Assembly (NCBI GenBank): GCA_963726255.1
Contig: CAVSBL010000002.1
Coordinates: forward strand, 960,001-1,024,000
DNA: 64,000 nucleotides
Source: Candidatus Bathyarchaeota archaeon
GTDB taxonomy: Archaea > Thermoproteota > Bathyarchaeia > 40CM-2-53-6
Reading direction: 5' to 3'
In this document: positions 11,534-20,099 of the stretch, piece after piece
Layout of the letters: every line of letters starts with the position of its first letter
Position numbering within the stretch: the stretch's first letter is position 1
The notes under the pieces: model-generated
Database searches by the model: none
What the model was told of the DNA's origin: nothing
The model's input: the letters and a program-made list of their open reading frames with translations, nothing else
Made by a program: the position numbers and the translations under genes

Positions 11534-11871
11534 TTACGGGGAGGTAAGGTCTGTAGCTTTCTCTTCGCTTCTTCAACGTACTCCAGGAGGCTGTGGTTTG
11601 CCTTCTCATCGAACTCAAGCTGGAGCTTGGAGTAGAATCTCTTGGCGATGGCTTTGCCTATGGTTTTCCCGCTTGAACCGAGTGTCTTCTCTAGAATGGA
11701 GAAGAAAACCTCTAGGCGGTTGGGTAACTCATCCTTAGTGATAGCGCAGAATCTCTCCAGATGCAAATATAACGAATCTAGCACGCCCTTGCCTAGAAGT
11801 GCAGTCATGGCCTCGTCTATGGATTCGAGTAGAGCATCATTGAACTCTTTGCTGGTTTGTGGCTGCTCCAA
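11530..11871 (-). CDS. NitrOD5-like output/accessory protein of archaeal two-component loci
   Basis: LLESIDEAM..LLG......LY.HLE...I.K.E.P...E.F...LEK.LG pattern; 4-bp overlap with the kinase. Confidence 0.6.
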   Translation of the reverse strand: MEQPQTSKEFNDALLESIDEAMTALLGKGVLDSLYLHLERFCAITKDELPNRLEVFFSILEKTLGSSGKTIGKAIAKRFYSKLQLEFDEKANHSLLEYVEEAKRKLQTLPPRN

Positions 11872-11919
11872 CGCAATCAGCGGATCTTCAAGGGATTGAT
11901 GCGTCAGCGCTTGAGAGAT

Positions 11920-12081
11920 TCATTCCTCGATCTTCACTGTTCCTCGTTTTACCAGAATCTTATCGTGGTCTTTGACAAACACTATTAGATCGCCGTTGTC
12001 AGCTCTCAGGAATTCTCTTACCGATTTCGGGAGGGTCAGTTGGTACTTTCCCGTAATAGTAGACCTACCCACGACCTCCAT
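11920..12081 (-). CDS. AbrB/MazE/SpoVT family DNA-binding protein
   Basis: STITGKYQLTLPKSVREFL...GD.IVF; ATG at 12081 preceded by GGTG. Confidence 0.85.
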   Translation of the reverse strand: MEVVGRSTITGKYQLTLPKSVREFLRADNGDLIVFVKDHDKILVKRGTVKIEE

Positions 12082-12371
12082 GGAATCACACCTGCATGGA
12101 AACAAGGAATACTTGGTCAAAGGTAGTTCGTCACCGGCAACGGGGTTGTCTGGTAACAACGGATAGGCGTAGGAATCTGGACTTTTGGAGGGGAAAAAAT
12201 CGCATTGGACGCGGTTTTGGTGGCGTTGGTGATGATGCGGTTGATCGCTTTCGTCGGTACCTCCATCGGAAATGCTTGGATATGGATTTTCTTACAACCA
12301 AAAGAACGAGGAAAAGGCCATTAATGATAGAGCAAGAAGTGAACCAGACAGGAACTTGCTGAGGAGACATA

Positions 12372-12593
12372 TTGTTGAGTGAAGAGTCTAACGAGGAAGA
12401 GGAAAAGCAGCGTGAGGAATCGCAAGAGGAAGATCAGCGGGAGCAGGAAGACGAGGAAGAGCTGAAACGGGAAGGAGCTGACGAGAGCGCCGAAAAGGAA
12501 AGGGATGAGGACAGGCGGGAACAGGATGAGGAAGAACGTGAACACGATAAGGGACGGCGGAAGCGACCACCACAAGCGGCATACTCGGCCTAG
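12372..12593 (+). CDS. Small highly charged low-complexity protein
   Basis: GAGGAG upstream; E/R-rich ORF. Confidence 0.45.
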   Translation: MLSEESNEEEEKQREESQEEDQREQEDEEELKREGADESAEKERDEDRREQDEEEREHDKGRRKRPPQAAYSA

Positions 12594-12836
12594 TATCAAA
12601 GTACATCTAATCGAACGGTCAAAAGCGCATGATACCTACGCAGGAACGTAACATGTGCGTCCCTGTTTTCGCTCTTGGGCCGTCTTCCAATGTAAAAATA
12701 ACAAACTATTCTCAAAAAGTGAGAAAGGACAGAGTGCTGCAACTAAGTAACAACACTAAGCGCTAACAAAGAAGCTGGTAAAAACGAAAGAAACATAATA
12801 AAAAGAAATAGATTATAATCGTTCGGCGTCATGGCA

Positions 12837-13118
12837 TTAGGAAGTTATCCGAGACGCTTCTCCTGCTGCCCGGATTTTCGCCTTCTTCCTTCCTTCGATA
12901 AGCTGTTTATGAACTGCCGATGGACGCCAGCCGCCCGACGGAATACCTTTGATAATCCGTCGCGCTTCCTCTAAACCCGCAACGTAGCCTTGCATGTATT
13001 GTGCGGTCGTTTTGTATTCTTCATACGGCAGGTTATCCTTCTCTGCTTCCCTCTTGGCGATAAGGTCTTCAATCTTCGTCAGCAGATTTCTCTTTCGAAA
13101 ACTTTCTCTCTCGCGCAT
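12837..13118 (-). CDS. Hypothetical protein
   Basis: Open helical ORF (QYMQGYVAGLEEARRII); no family recognised. Confidence 0.5.
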   Translation of the reverse strand: MRERESFRKRNLLTKIEDLIAKREAEKDNLPYEEYKTTAQYMQGYVAGLEEARRIIKGIPSGGWRPSAVHKQLIEGRKKAKIRAAGEASRITS

Positions 13119-13586
13119 GATCCACACGAATGAATGAGATATCAATCCGATATGAAAACGCTCGCTCCAAATCGAATTCACTCTTGACCTTCCTTCCAGG
13201 TAGTTTCGGGAGCGGAAAGCGCCTTGGAGGCTGGAAACATCAAGGATGCATTAGACCTCCTGAAGCTGCTGAATCTACCCTGGCGTGCCATCTCCTATGC
13301 CGAAATCTAAATCTAGGATGCTTGCCTATTGGTCGTGAACCATCTTGGGATGGAAAGAAAGTAAAGTTAGCCGCAAGAGAAGAGAGAAGGTTGACTTTGA
13401 CCTTACCTTGCTTCAAGGCAGAGCGAAACGGGCGGGCATTGGTCTAACCCCTGTCAGGAACAAGAGCAAGAAGAACGAGAAAAAGACCTTGGCGAAAAAA
13501 GGATGACGGTCGTGAAGTTGTCCGACCTTAATCTGTAGTGTCGCAAGACTCCTCTTAGAAGCTCCGTATTGCCCCAGCGAGAATTT

Positions 13587-13615
13587 GTGGTGGGGCCGGT
13601 GGGATACGAACCCAC
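13587..13615 (-). repeat. att-like direct repeat of the tRNA-Pro 3' end (distal copy)
   Basis: gtggtggggccggtgggatacgaacccac is 27/29 identical to 19120-19148. Confidence 0.85.
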
Positions 13616-13735
13616 CAATATCGTGGGTTCCATGAGGGTTCCACCTCGATCGACTACGATGTTAGCCGCGGCCTTGTTTCAATGTGGTGGTGGGTCTAGT
13701 GGTGCCGACCAAACCTCATTCCGTTGACCTTGGGT

Positions 13736-14131
13736 TCAAATCTTCCACTTGACGGCAGTCACTCTAGTCCCCTGGTCGTTTACTCGCTCAATTCTGAATT
13801 CACTCATCAATCGTTCGACGGCTCCGAGACCTATGCCTAGGCCGGTTGCCGAAGAATTAGGTTTGTGGAGGGCTCGGTCGATGTCTATGATTCCTGGTCC
13901 CTTGTCTTCGGCGATCACGATAATGCCTACCCTGCCACGTTCTGTGACTGCATCAATTGCTATGTTCCCTTTTCCTCGGGCGTGGTCAAGAATGTTGTTG
14001 GCGAGTTCAGAGACCGCTATTTGCACCTTGCTCTGGTCAGCCTCCGATAGACCTATCCTCTTTGCCAAGTCTCCTGCCCTCTGCGTCGCTTTCAGTATTT
14101 CAGTGCGGGTCGTAATTTCTATCTTTGCCAT
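13736..14131 (-). CDS. RsbT-like Ser/Thr kinase (GHKL), paralog 2
   Basis: IAVSELANNI N-box, DKGPGI, GLGIGLGAVERLM. Confidence 0.9.
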   Translation of the reverse strand: MAKIEITTRTEILKATQRAGDLAKRIGLSEADQSKVQIAVSELANNILDHARGKGNIAIDAVTERGRVGIIVIAEDKGPGIIDIDRALHKPNSSATGLGIGLGAVERLMSEFRIERVNDQGTRVTAVKWKI

Positions 14132-14155
14132 CGCTCGGTTCTCTCTTATGGTATG

Positions 14156-14725
14156 TCAATCGTTCACCGCAATTGCTACGGTTGCGTCGTCATACTCTTT
14201 GCTCCATTTGGTCATGATCGCGTCAGCGGCCATTTGAGGATGCTCATAGATTGAAGGATAGTCTGATAGATCGAACCTACCTGAAATTCCATCTGAGTGC
14301 ATCACTACAGCCCTAAGTGAACGGTATGGATATTCAAACGCCGTGACCTTTCTCAAGTTAACCCCGAGAATACCGTCCATGGAGGCGGGATGCATAGGCG
14401 GCTCGCTAACTATGCGTACGTCAGTGTTGCCAACCCCACAGAAGCGAAGCTTACGCTCCCTCGAGTCGATTCTGACCAACTCCGCGACAACTCCTCTTGT
14501 CTTGCTCAGATGCGTGTGAAGATCTAGGATGGTCTGTTTAAGGTCCGCTGAGGGCTTCGTCGCTATGAACTCTTTTGACATCTTGGCCACAACAGATGCC
14601 TCTTCGCCGTGGCCGAGTCCGTCTATCAAAGCCATGAGCGTATGATCATCGTGCTCATCCACGAGGTAAGCGTCGCCATTGGCACGCATTCCTCGTGCAG
14701 GCCTCGACGCGATTCCGAACCTCAT
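14156..14725 (-). CDS. rsbX: RsbX-like PP2C/SpoIIE phosphatase
   Basis: NGDAY, IDGLGHG, GVGN, MHSDGI, DDAT. Confidence 0.85.
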   Translation of the reverse strand: MRFGIASRPARGMRANGDAYLVDEHDDHTLMALIDGLGHGEEASVVAKMSKEFIATKPSADLKQTILDLHTHLSKTRGVVAELVRIDSRERKLRFCGVGNTDVRIVSEPPMHPASMDGILGVNLRKVTAFEYPYRSLRAVVMHSDGISGRFDLSDYPSIYEHPQMAADAIMTKWSKEYDDATVAIAVND

Positions 14726-14731
14726 ATCGCG

Positions 14732-15136
14732 TCACAGCCACTTTCTTACCGTAACCGTAGTGCCTTCTCCAACCTTGGTCCTGATCTCGAAATCATCCAT
14801 GAGCCTCTTGGAGCCTGACAGACCTAGTCCCAGACCACCTCCTGTGCTATGGCCTCCTTTCAACACCAATTCAAGTTCCCGAATTCCTGGTCCGTGGTCT
14901 TCAACCACGATCTCTATTCCTCTCTTTCCTTCTTTGTTCACCGATTTCATGACCACCTTTCCTCGGCTACAATATTGGAAAGCGTTTCTAGCTAATTCTG
15001 AAACGGCTGTGGCGATTCTGGTTTGGTCCATGTAGCCGAAGCCTAAGGCTTCCGCTTTCGCTTTCGCTTGAACGCGGGCATTAACTATGTCCGCCTCGTT
15101 CTTCACTTCTACTACATCACTCAATAACTCAGCCAG
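14732..15136 (-). CDS. rsbT: RsbT Ser/Thr kinase; probable CTG start overlapping the rsbS stop
   Basis: DIVNARV...QTRIATAVSELARN, DHGPGI, GLGLGLSGSKRLMDDF. Confidence 0.9.
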   Translation of the reverse strand: MAELLSDVVEVKNEADIVNARVQAKAKAEALGFGYMDQTRIATAVSELARNAFQYCSRGKVVMKSVNKEGKRGIEIVVEDHGPGIRELELVLKGGHSTGGGLGLGLSGSKRLMDDFEIRTKVGEGTTVTVRKWL

Positions 15137-15500
15137 AACGATTCCCAGCTTTGCGGAGTATTTCCAAACCTCTCTCGAGATTGCGTGCTGTGTGAATTCC
15201 TCCCATCGAAAAACCCATTTCAACGAGAGTCATGGCGACCTCGGGTCTCAAGCCTACCACGACGACGTCGGCCCCCATCACCTTTGCAGCTAAGGTAATT
15301 TCGGCTATCTGTCTCACCAAAAAGCTGTCCACTACGTCTATTGCGCTTACATCAAAAACAAGTCCTTTCGCTCTCGCTTCTAGGACTCGCTTGAGTATCT
15401 CGTTCTTGAATTCGACAGCCATTCGGTCGTGCATGGCTACTTGGGGCGAAGTAATCAAATAGTCTCCTGTCTTCAAGATTGGAATAGAGATCTTATTCAA
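15129..15500 (-). CDS. rsbS: RsbS STAS-domain antagonist
   Basis: IPILK, DVSAIDVVDSF with the conserved phospho-Ser, GLRPEVAMTLVEMG. Confidence 0.9.
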   Translation of the reverse strand: MNKISIPILKTGDYLITSPQVAMHDRMAVEFKNEILKRVLEARAKGLVFDVSAIDVVDSFLVRQIAEITLAAKVMGADVVVVGLRPEVAMTLVEMGFSMGGIHTARNLERGLEILRKAGNRSG

Positions 15501-15520
15501 ATCCGTTCACTCCACGATTC

Positions 15521-15960
15521 TTAATTTGTCGCTATCTTGGTTACCTTCCAGCCCAGCTTGGCGAATGAATACTCAAGTCCCTCGTGCAATGTGGCACGAG
15601 TCACGATGCCCGACATGTCCACGCCGAGACTCACAAGAGTAGTTGCAACATCTGGCCTGATGCCAGTTATCACAAACTCTGACCCCATCAACTTGACGGC
15701 CTGCGCAGTGCGGAGAATGTGGCTGGCAGCCTTCGTGTCGATAGCTGCAATGCCTCCAATGCTCAAGATTACGATCTCGACCTTAGTCTGCGCTATATGC
15801 TCGAGGATTGACTCGTGATTTGTTTTGCGCGAGCTGAGTCAAGGACACCGATGAGTGGGAGCATCATTATGCCCTCCCAAACCTCGACGAGTGGCGTAGA
15901 GAGCTTTCTCAGCATCTCGTCCTTTTCCGCCGATATTTCAGAGTCCGTTGCTCTTTTCAT
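15521..15960 (-). CDS. rsbR: RsbR-like STAS protein lacking an N-terminal sensor; split by a 1-bp deletion near 15814
   Basis: ATG 15960 gives LSTPLVEVWEGIMMLPLIGVLDSARAKQIT; continues in the shifted frame ESILEHI...IDT...ITGIRPDVATTLV. Confidence 0.8.
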
Positions 15961-16049
15961 ATATGCTCACCTCCTGAATCATGATTACCCGATTGCGATC
16001 CAAGAAAACACGTGCATTCGATCTTGTTTCTTTCCTCAAGATTGTTTCC

Positions 16050-16628
16050 TCATAATTTGATGCTCATGTCGCAAAAATGGCGAATTGCAGAGAGCGTTTT
16101 CTCCTCTACGGAGCCTTCCTGGCTAAGGACTAGGCCGGTCATTTGCAGAACTCTTAGACGCCCTGTGAGAAAGTGAAAGAATTGTAGGACTGATCCCGTG
16201 CTGTTGTATATCAGCAGCGTTGAGATTGAGTCTGATAATACCCACGAGTGTCCTGGAGTAATGTCCGTGCTCTCCAAGGCTTTCTCGATGGCGAGTTGAG
16301 TGGCTGAAAGGTCTTCAGGTGAATGGACGAACAGCACGTTCTTGGCCTGCAAATTGGCGCCGAAACTCTTCGAAACGAGATCGACTATGATTATCTTCGC
16401 CGTCTCAAGCGCTGTCCTCAAGTCAAATCCATTTTGTCCAAAACGGTCTAAGAGATCTGTGGCAGGCCTACTAGAGGAAACATATACTCCACCAGAGCTT
16501 GCGTGAGTTTTCAGGAAGCGAGCCAGCAAGCTGATCTCATCTGTTTCCGCAGAGATCTGAATAAGCGCGATAGACTTCGGTGGAATATTGCTGAGCAGAT
16601 CAACTCCGGCCTGCGTGAGTGTGTTCAA
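16050..16628 (-). CDS. Degenerate KaiC/RAD55-like RecA-fold protein
   Basis: GVYVS..RP, SPEDLS, DSISTLLIYN, HFCD at end; no intact Walker A. Confidence 0.7.
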   Translation of the reverse strand: MNTLTQAGVDLLSNIPPKSIALIQISAETDEISLLARFLKTHASSGGVYVSSSRPATDLLDRFGQNGFDLRTALETAKIIIVDLVSKSFGANLQAKNVLFVHSPEDLSATQLAIEKALESTDITPGHSWVLSDSISTLLIYNSTGSVLQFFHFLTGRLRVLQMTGLVLSQEGSVEEKTLSAIRHFCDMSIKL

Positions 16629-16901
16629 GGTGATCTCTTGCCATTGTCAGTTTGCATTTTCCTAGGAGAGCCTGTGACAATTCCTTCAAATCCAACGAAC
16701 GGCGGTTAATGAAATTGAATACAGGCGACCTCCTTGTGTTCGTTGCACGGAGGCAAGAGATCGTGTTGAAAAAGGGCGAAGTTAAGATCAACGACTGACA
16801 TGATTGACTACACCTAAGCTTGGAACCCTGCGTTCTCTCTCTGCCAAAACGGCTCAAAATGAGGAGAATGGTGTGCAAAACTGGCTGTTGAACCCATGGT
16901 A

Positions 16902-16929
16902 TGGCGGGGCCGGCGGGATCTGCACCCAC
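16902..16929 (-). repeat. Degenerate att-like copy of the tRNA-Pro 3' end (internal)
   Basis: tggcggggccggcgggatctgcacccac is 24/28 identical to 19121-19148. Confidence 0.7.
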
Positions 16930-17171
16930 AATTCGTGTGACTAATGCCTTCATCTCATATCTTACGCATGACATACAGCAGTCTTGAGGCACGCATTTCA
17001 GATTCCATATGCCTTGCGTCCTCAATGAAGTTGGCGGTGAGCATGTCGAAGATGAATAACCCGTTCTCTTTCAGATCCCCATGAACGGTTGCGAAAGTCT
17101 GCTCCCTAGGAGATGTCAAGGAGACGGGAGAGTACTATAGTACTGTAGAGGAGTTAATTTAGAAACATGTT

Positions 17172-18710
17172 TCATTCCAGGGAACCTATAACTTTCTCCA
17201 CTTCCACAAGGATTTCACATGATTTCACGAGCTCCTTCATCTTGTTGTGATCAGGATAAAGCGGGCGGTCGATTTCAAGATACTCGACGTGTTTACGGAT
17301 TACATTATGAGCAATTTGGGTTCCCTTTCCGAATTCATATGGTGTTTCATATTTTCTGCGCAAGTCAAGGGCTTGAGCAGCAGCCATGAATTCAATTCCC
17401 AAAATGCCATATGCATTGTCTAAAATCTGGAAATTCTTCAGGGCGGTGTTCATGCCCATGGAAACAAAGTCTTCCTGGTCGGCAGCAGCGGGAATTGACT
17501 GCATGGAAGCCGGCATACAAAGGATTCGCTGTTCTACGATCTGCATATCAGCGGTATATTGGCTTAGCATTAGCCCGGAGAACATGCCGGCGCCCTTGAT
17601 CAGGAAGGGCGGAAGCCCCACGCTGAGTGCCGGGTTATTCAGGCGGTTCATGCGGCGTTCAGAAAGTACACTTACCATCGTTACTGCAACACCTATCATA
17701 TCCATAGGCAAAGCAATGGGCGAGCCCTGGAAATTGGCACCTGAAAGCACCAGGTTTTCATCCGGGAAGAAAAGAGGATTATCCCCTACACCATTGAGTT
17801 CAGTCTCTACCTGAGCTCGGGCGAATGCAAGTGCATCATGTGCTGCACCAATCACCTGGGGTGTGGAACGCATCGAATAAGCATCCTGCACCTTCACCTT
17901 CAAACGGCCCTCAGCTAGGTCGCCTCCAGCTGTTACCTTACGGATTGATTTTGCACTGCGGACGCCACCGGGGAACCCGCGAACTCGAAGAATCAATTCA
18001 TGATACGGTTTAAGGTTGGCTTTCAGCGCCTCCAGCGACATGGCGCAGGCTATTTCAGCCTGTTTGAGCCAGTTGTTGGTATCATATATCATCAGGGCCG
18101 ACATGGCGGCAAGCACATTGGAACCATTAATCACAGCCAGACCATCACGCGCTTCCAGTCCGGGAATGGGGATACTTGCACGTTCCATCGCCACATGGCC
18201 TTCCAAAAATTCACCCTTGTAATAGGCATGCCCTTCACCCATCATAAGCAAAGCAATCTGCGCCATAGGTGCTAAATCACCGCAAGCACCTACCGATCCT
18301 TTCGTGCACACGTAAGGCGTAACACCCTTGTTCAACATATCCACCAAAGTCTGGGTAATCGCCAGGCGGCAGCCGGAATTTCCGTGGGCATGCACATTGA
18401 TGCGCCCGAGCATGGCACCACGTACCCAGTCAATGGGCATGGGATCGCCCATACCTGCAGCATGATTGTAAATCAAATATCTCTGAAAATCCTTTACCTG
18501 ATCGTCATTGAGCACGACCTCCGACAATTCACCTATTCCGGTATTAACGCCGTACATGATCTCATGGGCTTCAACTTTCTTCTCAAGCATGGCACGGCAT
18601 GAATTGATCTTTTTAATGGAATCGGCATGCAGTTCCACTTTTTCGCCATGACGTGCAACGCGTACAACATCTTCAACGGTCAATCCTGAACCGCGAATTA
18701 TCAGTGTCAT
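17172..18710 (-). CDS. hutH: Aromatic amino acid (histidine-type) ammonia-lyase with Ala-Cys-Gly MIO triad
   Basis: MYGVNTGIG, GSVGACGDLAP, GLAVING, QDAYSMR, DNP, NFQG, QEDFVSMG. Confidence 0.85.
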   Translation of the reverse strand: MTLIIRGSGLTVEDVVRVARHGEKVELHADSIKKINSCRAMLEKKVEAHEIMYGVNTGIGELSEVVLNDDQVKDFQRYLIYNHAAGMGDPMPIDWVRGAMLGRINVHAHGNSGCRLAITQTLVDMLNKGVTPYVCTKGSVGACGDLAPMAQIALLMMGEGHAYYKGEFLEGHVAMERASIPIPGLEARDGLAVINGSNVLAAMSALMIYDTNNWLKQAEIACAMSLEALKANLKPYHELILRVRGFPGGVRSAKSIRKVTAGGDLAEGRLKVKVQDAYSMRSTPQVIGAAHDALAFARAQVETELNGVGDNPLFFPDENLVLSGANFQGSPIALPMDMIGVAVTMVSVLSERRMNRLNNPALSVGLPPFLIKGAGMFSGLMLSQYTADMQIVEQRILCMPASMQSIPAAADQEDFVSMGMNTALKNFQILDNAYGILGIEFMAAAQALDLRRKYETPYEFGKGTQIAHNVIRKHVEYLEIDRPLYPDHNKMKELVKSCEILVEVEKVIGSLE

Positions 18711-18874
18711 ATTACATCTCCCGATTTCCTTATTCCCTTCACCATTTGAACAGCACTCATGATTCTCACCTCGTGTATTATGAGTACTTAGGTGCGGGTC
18801 TCGTAGTTTGAACCGTCATTTTAGCATGTGTGGCTCTGGTGATGCGGGCAACCGAATTTGAACTCTGATTGTTG

Positions 18875-19069
18875 TTATGGATGAGGCTGGTGGTGCGCAC
18901 AAGCAAGAAGCTTTGAGATGTGGGTAGTCAGCGCGTATCCGCCTGTTAGAGTACTTTTTGTGAGCTGTGATTTCTGTGGTTTCTTCTCAAGCCAAGTCAG
19001 GAACTGGGACAGAGGCTCAATTCCCTTGTCTATTGATTGCTGCCAGCCTCTCATTTTGAAAGCGGTCAT
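18875..19069 (-). pseudogene. Possible remnant of a tyrosine-integrase N-terminal domain
   Basis: LSQFLTWLEKK...LTKSTL.G.Y pattern directly downstream of the tRNA 3' end; no catalytic domain. Confidence 0.3.
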
Positions 19070-19120
19070 GGTGTGTTAGGTTAACTCATTTCAAGGATGT
19101 TGTGGCCCATTGCATTATCG

Positions 19121-19301
19121 TGGTGGGGCCGGTGGGATTTGAACCCACGACCTCTGGCCCTGAGACTTTTCATTCTTAGGGACGCCAGCGCCCCAGGTTC
19201 ACCGCACGCAACTGCGCTCTGGTATCCTGTTGGCGGAATCGTGTTCCCAGACCAAGCTGTCCAGAGAGTTGCTCTAGCAATCTCTTCTAGACGACGGCCC
19301 C
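19121..19301 (-). tRNA. tRNA-Pro(GGG) with four non-canonical introns (15/16, 20b/21, 30/31, 45/46), CCA encoded
   Basis: Exons 19301-19287, 19256-19249, 19228-19219, 19197-19183 and 19151-19121 join to a 79-nt cloverleaf with intact acceptor, D, anticodon and T stems; each intron is bounded by a bulge-helix-bulge. Confidence 0.93.
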
Positions 19302-19340
19302 GTCCGTCGCAGAGAGCAATTGAGCGCTCATAAGAACTTT

Positions 19341-20099
19341 TCATAACAAGCCAAGGGTGTCCAAGACGCGTTCCAAATTCTTAACTGAACTCTCTCGTTT
19401 GTATTCGCCTAGGGCTTTCACTATGTTCCCTTTGTTTGGGAAGACTCGTGTTGCTTGAAGCGTTCTCGACAGTCTTCCGAACAGGAAGTATTGTAGGATG
19501 GATGTGACGTTTGCGACGCGCCTTGTCGTGCTTGCACTCTCGAAGTCAACGATGCAGGGTTGGCCGGTGCTGTTGACGAGCACATTCTTGGGAGCATGGC
19601 TCAATTCTCCATGGTCGAGGCCGATCGAGTCAAGCGTGAAGCAACACTTGACGAGGCTTAAGACGAGCTTCTTCACCAATCTTCCCTTGGCGCCTGGGCC
19701 CTCGGCCCATCGGAACAAAGGCATGCCACGGAAGAGTTCCATTGCAAGGAAGTTTTTCGTTGCAGAAATAAAACGCGGTCCAGCGTCGACGCTGTTTGCC
19801 AGCCGCAACAGCCTGGACTCGTCGTTCATCGACGGGCGGTCGGCGTCCAGGCGCCGGATTTTCAAAGCTACCAGTTTCCCGTCAAGACGTGCCTGCGTCA
19901 CGACACCTACGCAGCCCTTTCCAAGAACGGGGACACCGCCAATCCGGGTAACTCCCTCGAAACGAAGAGCAAGAACCCCCATTTGGGAGAGTTCCTCTAT
20001 CCTTCCCTTTGCCGCCTTGGGATCTGTGCCTGGGTAGGTTAGTATGCGCACGTATTGGGGTTCCAGAAGCCCCTGCAGTGGAATTTCATTTTCATGCAA
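19341..20099 (-). CDS. RIO-related archaeal Ser/Thr protein kinase
   Basis: LGKGCVGVV, ALKIRR, DHGELS, IVDFESAS. Confidence 0.85.
   Translation of the reverse strand: MHENEIPLQGLLEPQYVRILTYPGTDPKAAKGRIEELSQMGVLALRFEGVTRIGGVPVLGKGCVGVVTQARLDGKLVALKIRRLDADRPSMNDESRLLRLANSVDAGPRFISATKNFLAMELFRGMPLFRWAEGPGAKGRLVKKLVLSLVKCCFTLDSIGLDHGELSHAPKNVLVNSTGQPCIVDFESASTTRRVANVTSILQYFLFGRLSRTLQATRVFPNKGNIVKALGEYKRESSVKNLERVLDTLGLL

Larger units (their letters stand above)
13587..19148. mobile_element. tRNA-Pro-integrated genomic island(s), tandem and degraded
   Basis: Bounded by tRNA 3'-end repeats with an internal third copy at 16902; accessory cargo; no intact integrase. Confidence 0.65.

Noticed and set aside
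8078-11738. Many antisense ORFs within the histidine kinase and other long genes
   Set aside because: They lie opposite well-supported genes and show no recognisable motifs.
13587-13680. Possible split-tRNA 3' half
   Set aside because: No anticodon arm or complementary leader; better explained as an att duplication.
14732-15223. Long N-terminal extension of RsbT from the ORF track
   Set aside because: It overlaps rsbS by 95 nt; homology begins near 15136.
19081-19344. ORFs 19081-19344 (-) and 19097-19333 (+)
   Set aside because: They overlap the intron-containing tRNA-Pro gene and are shadow ORFs.
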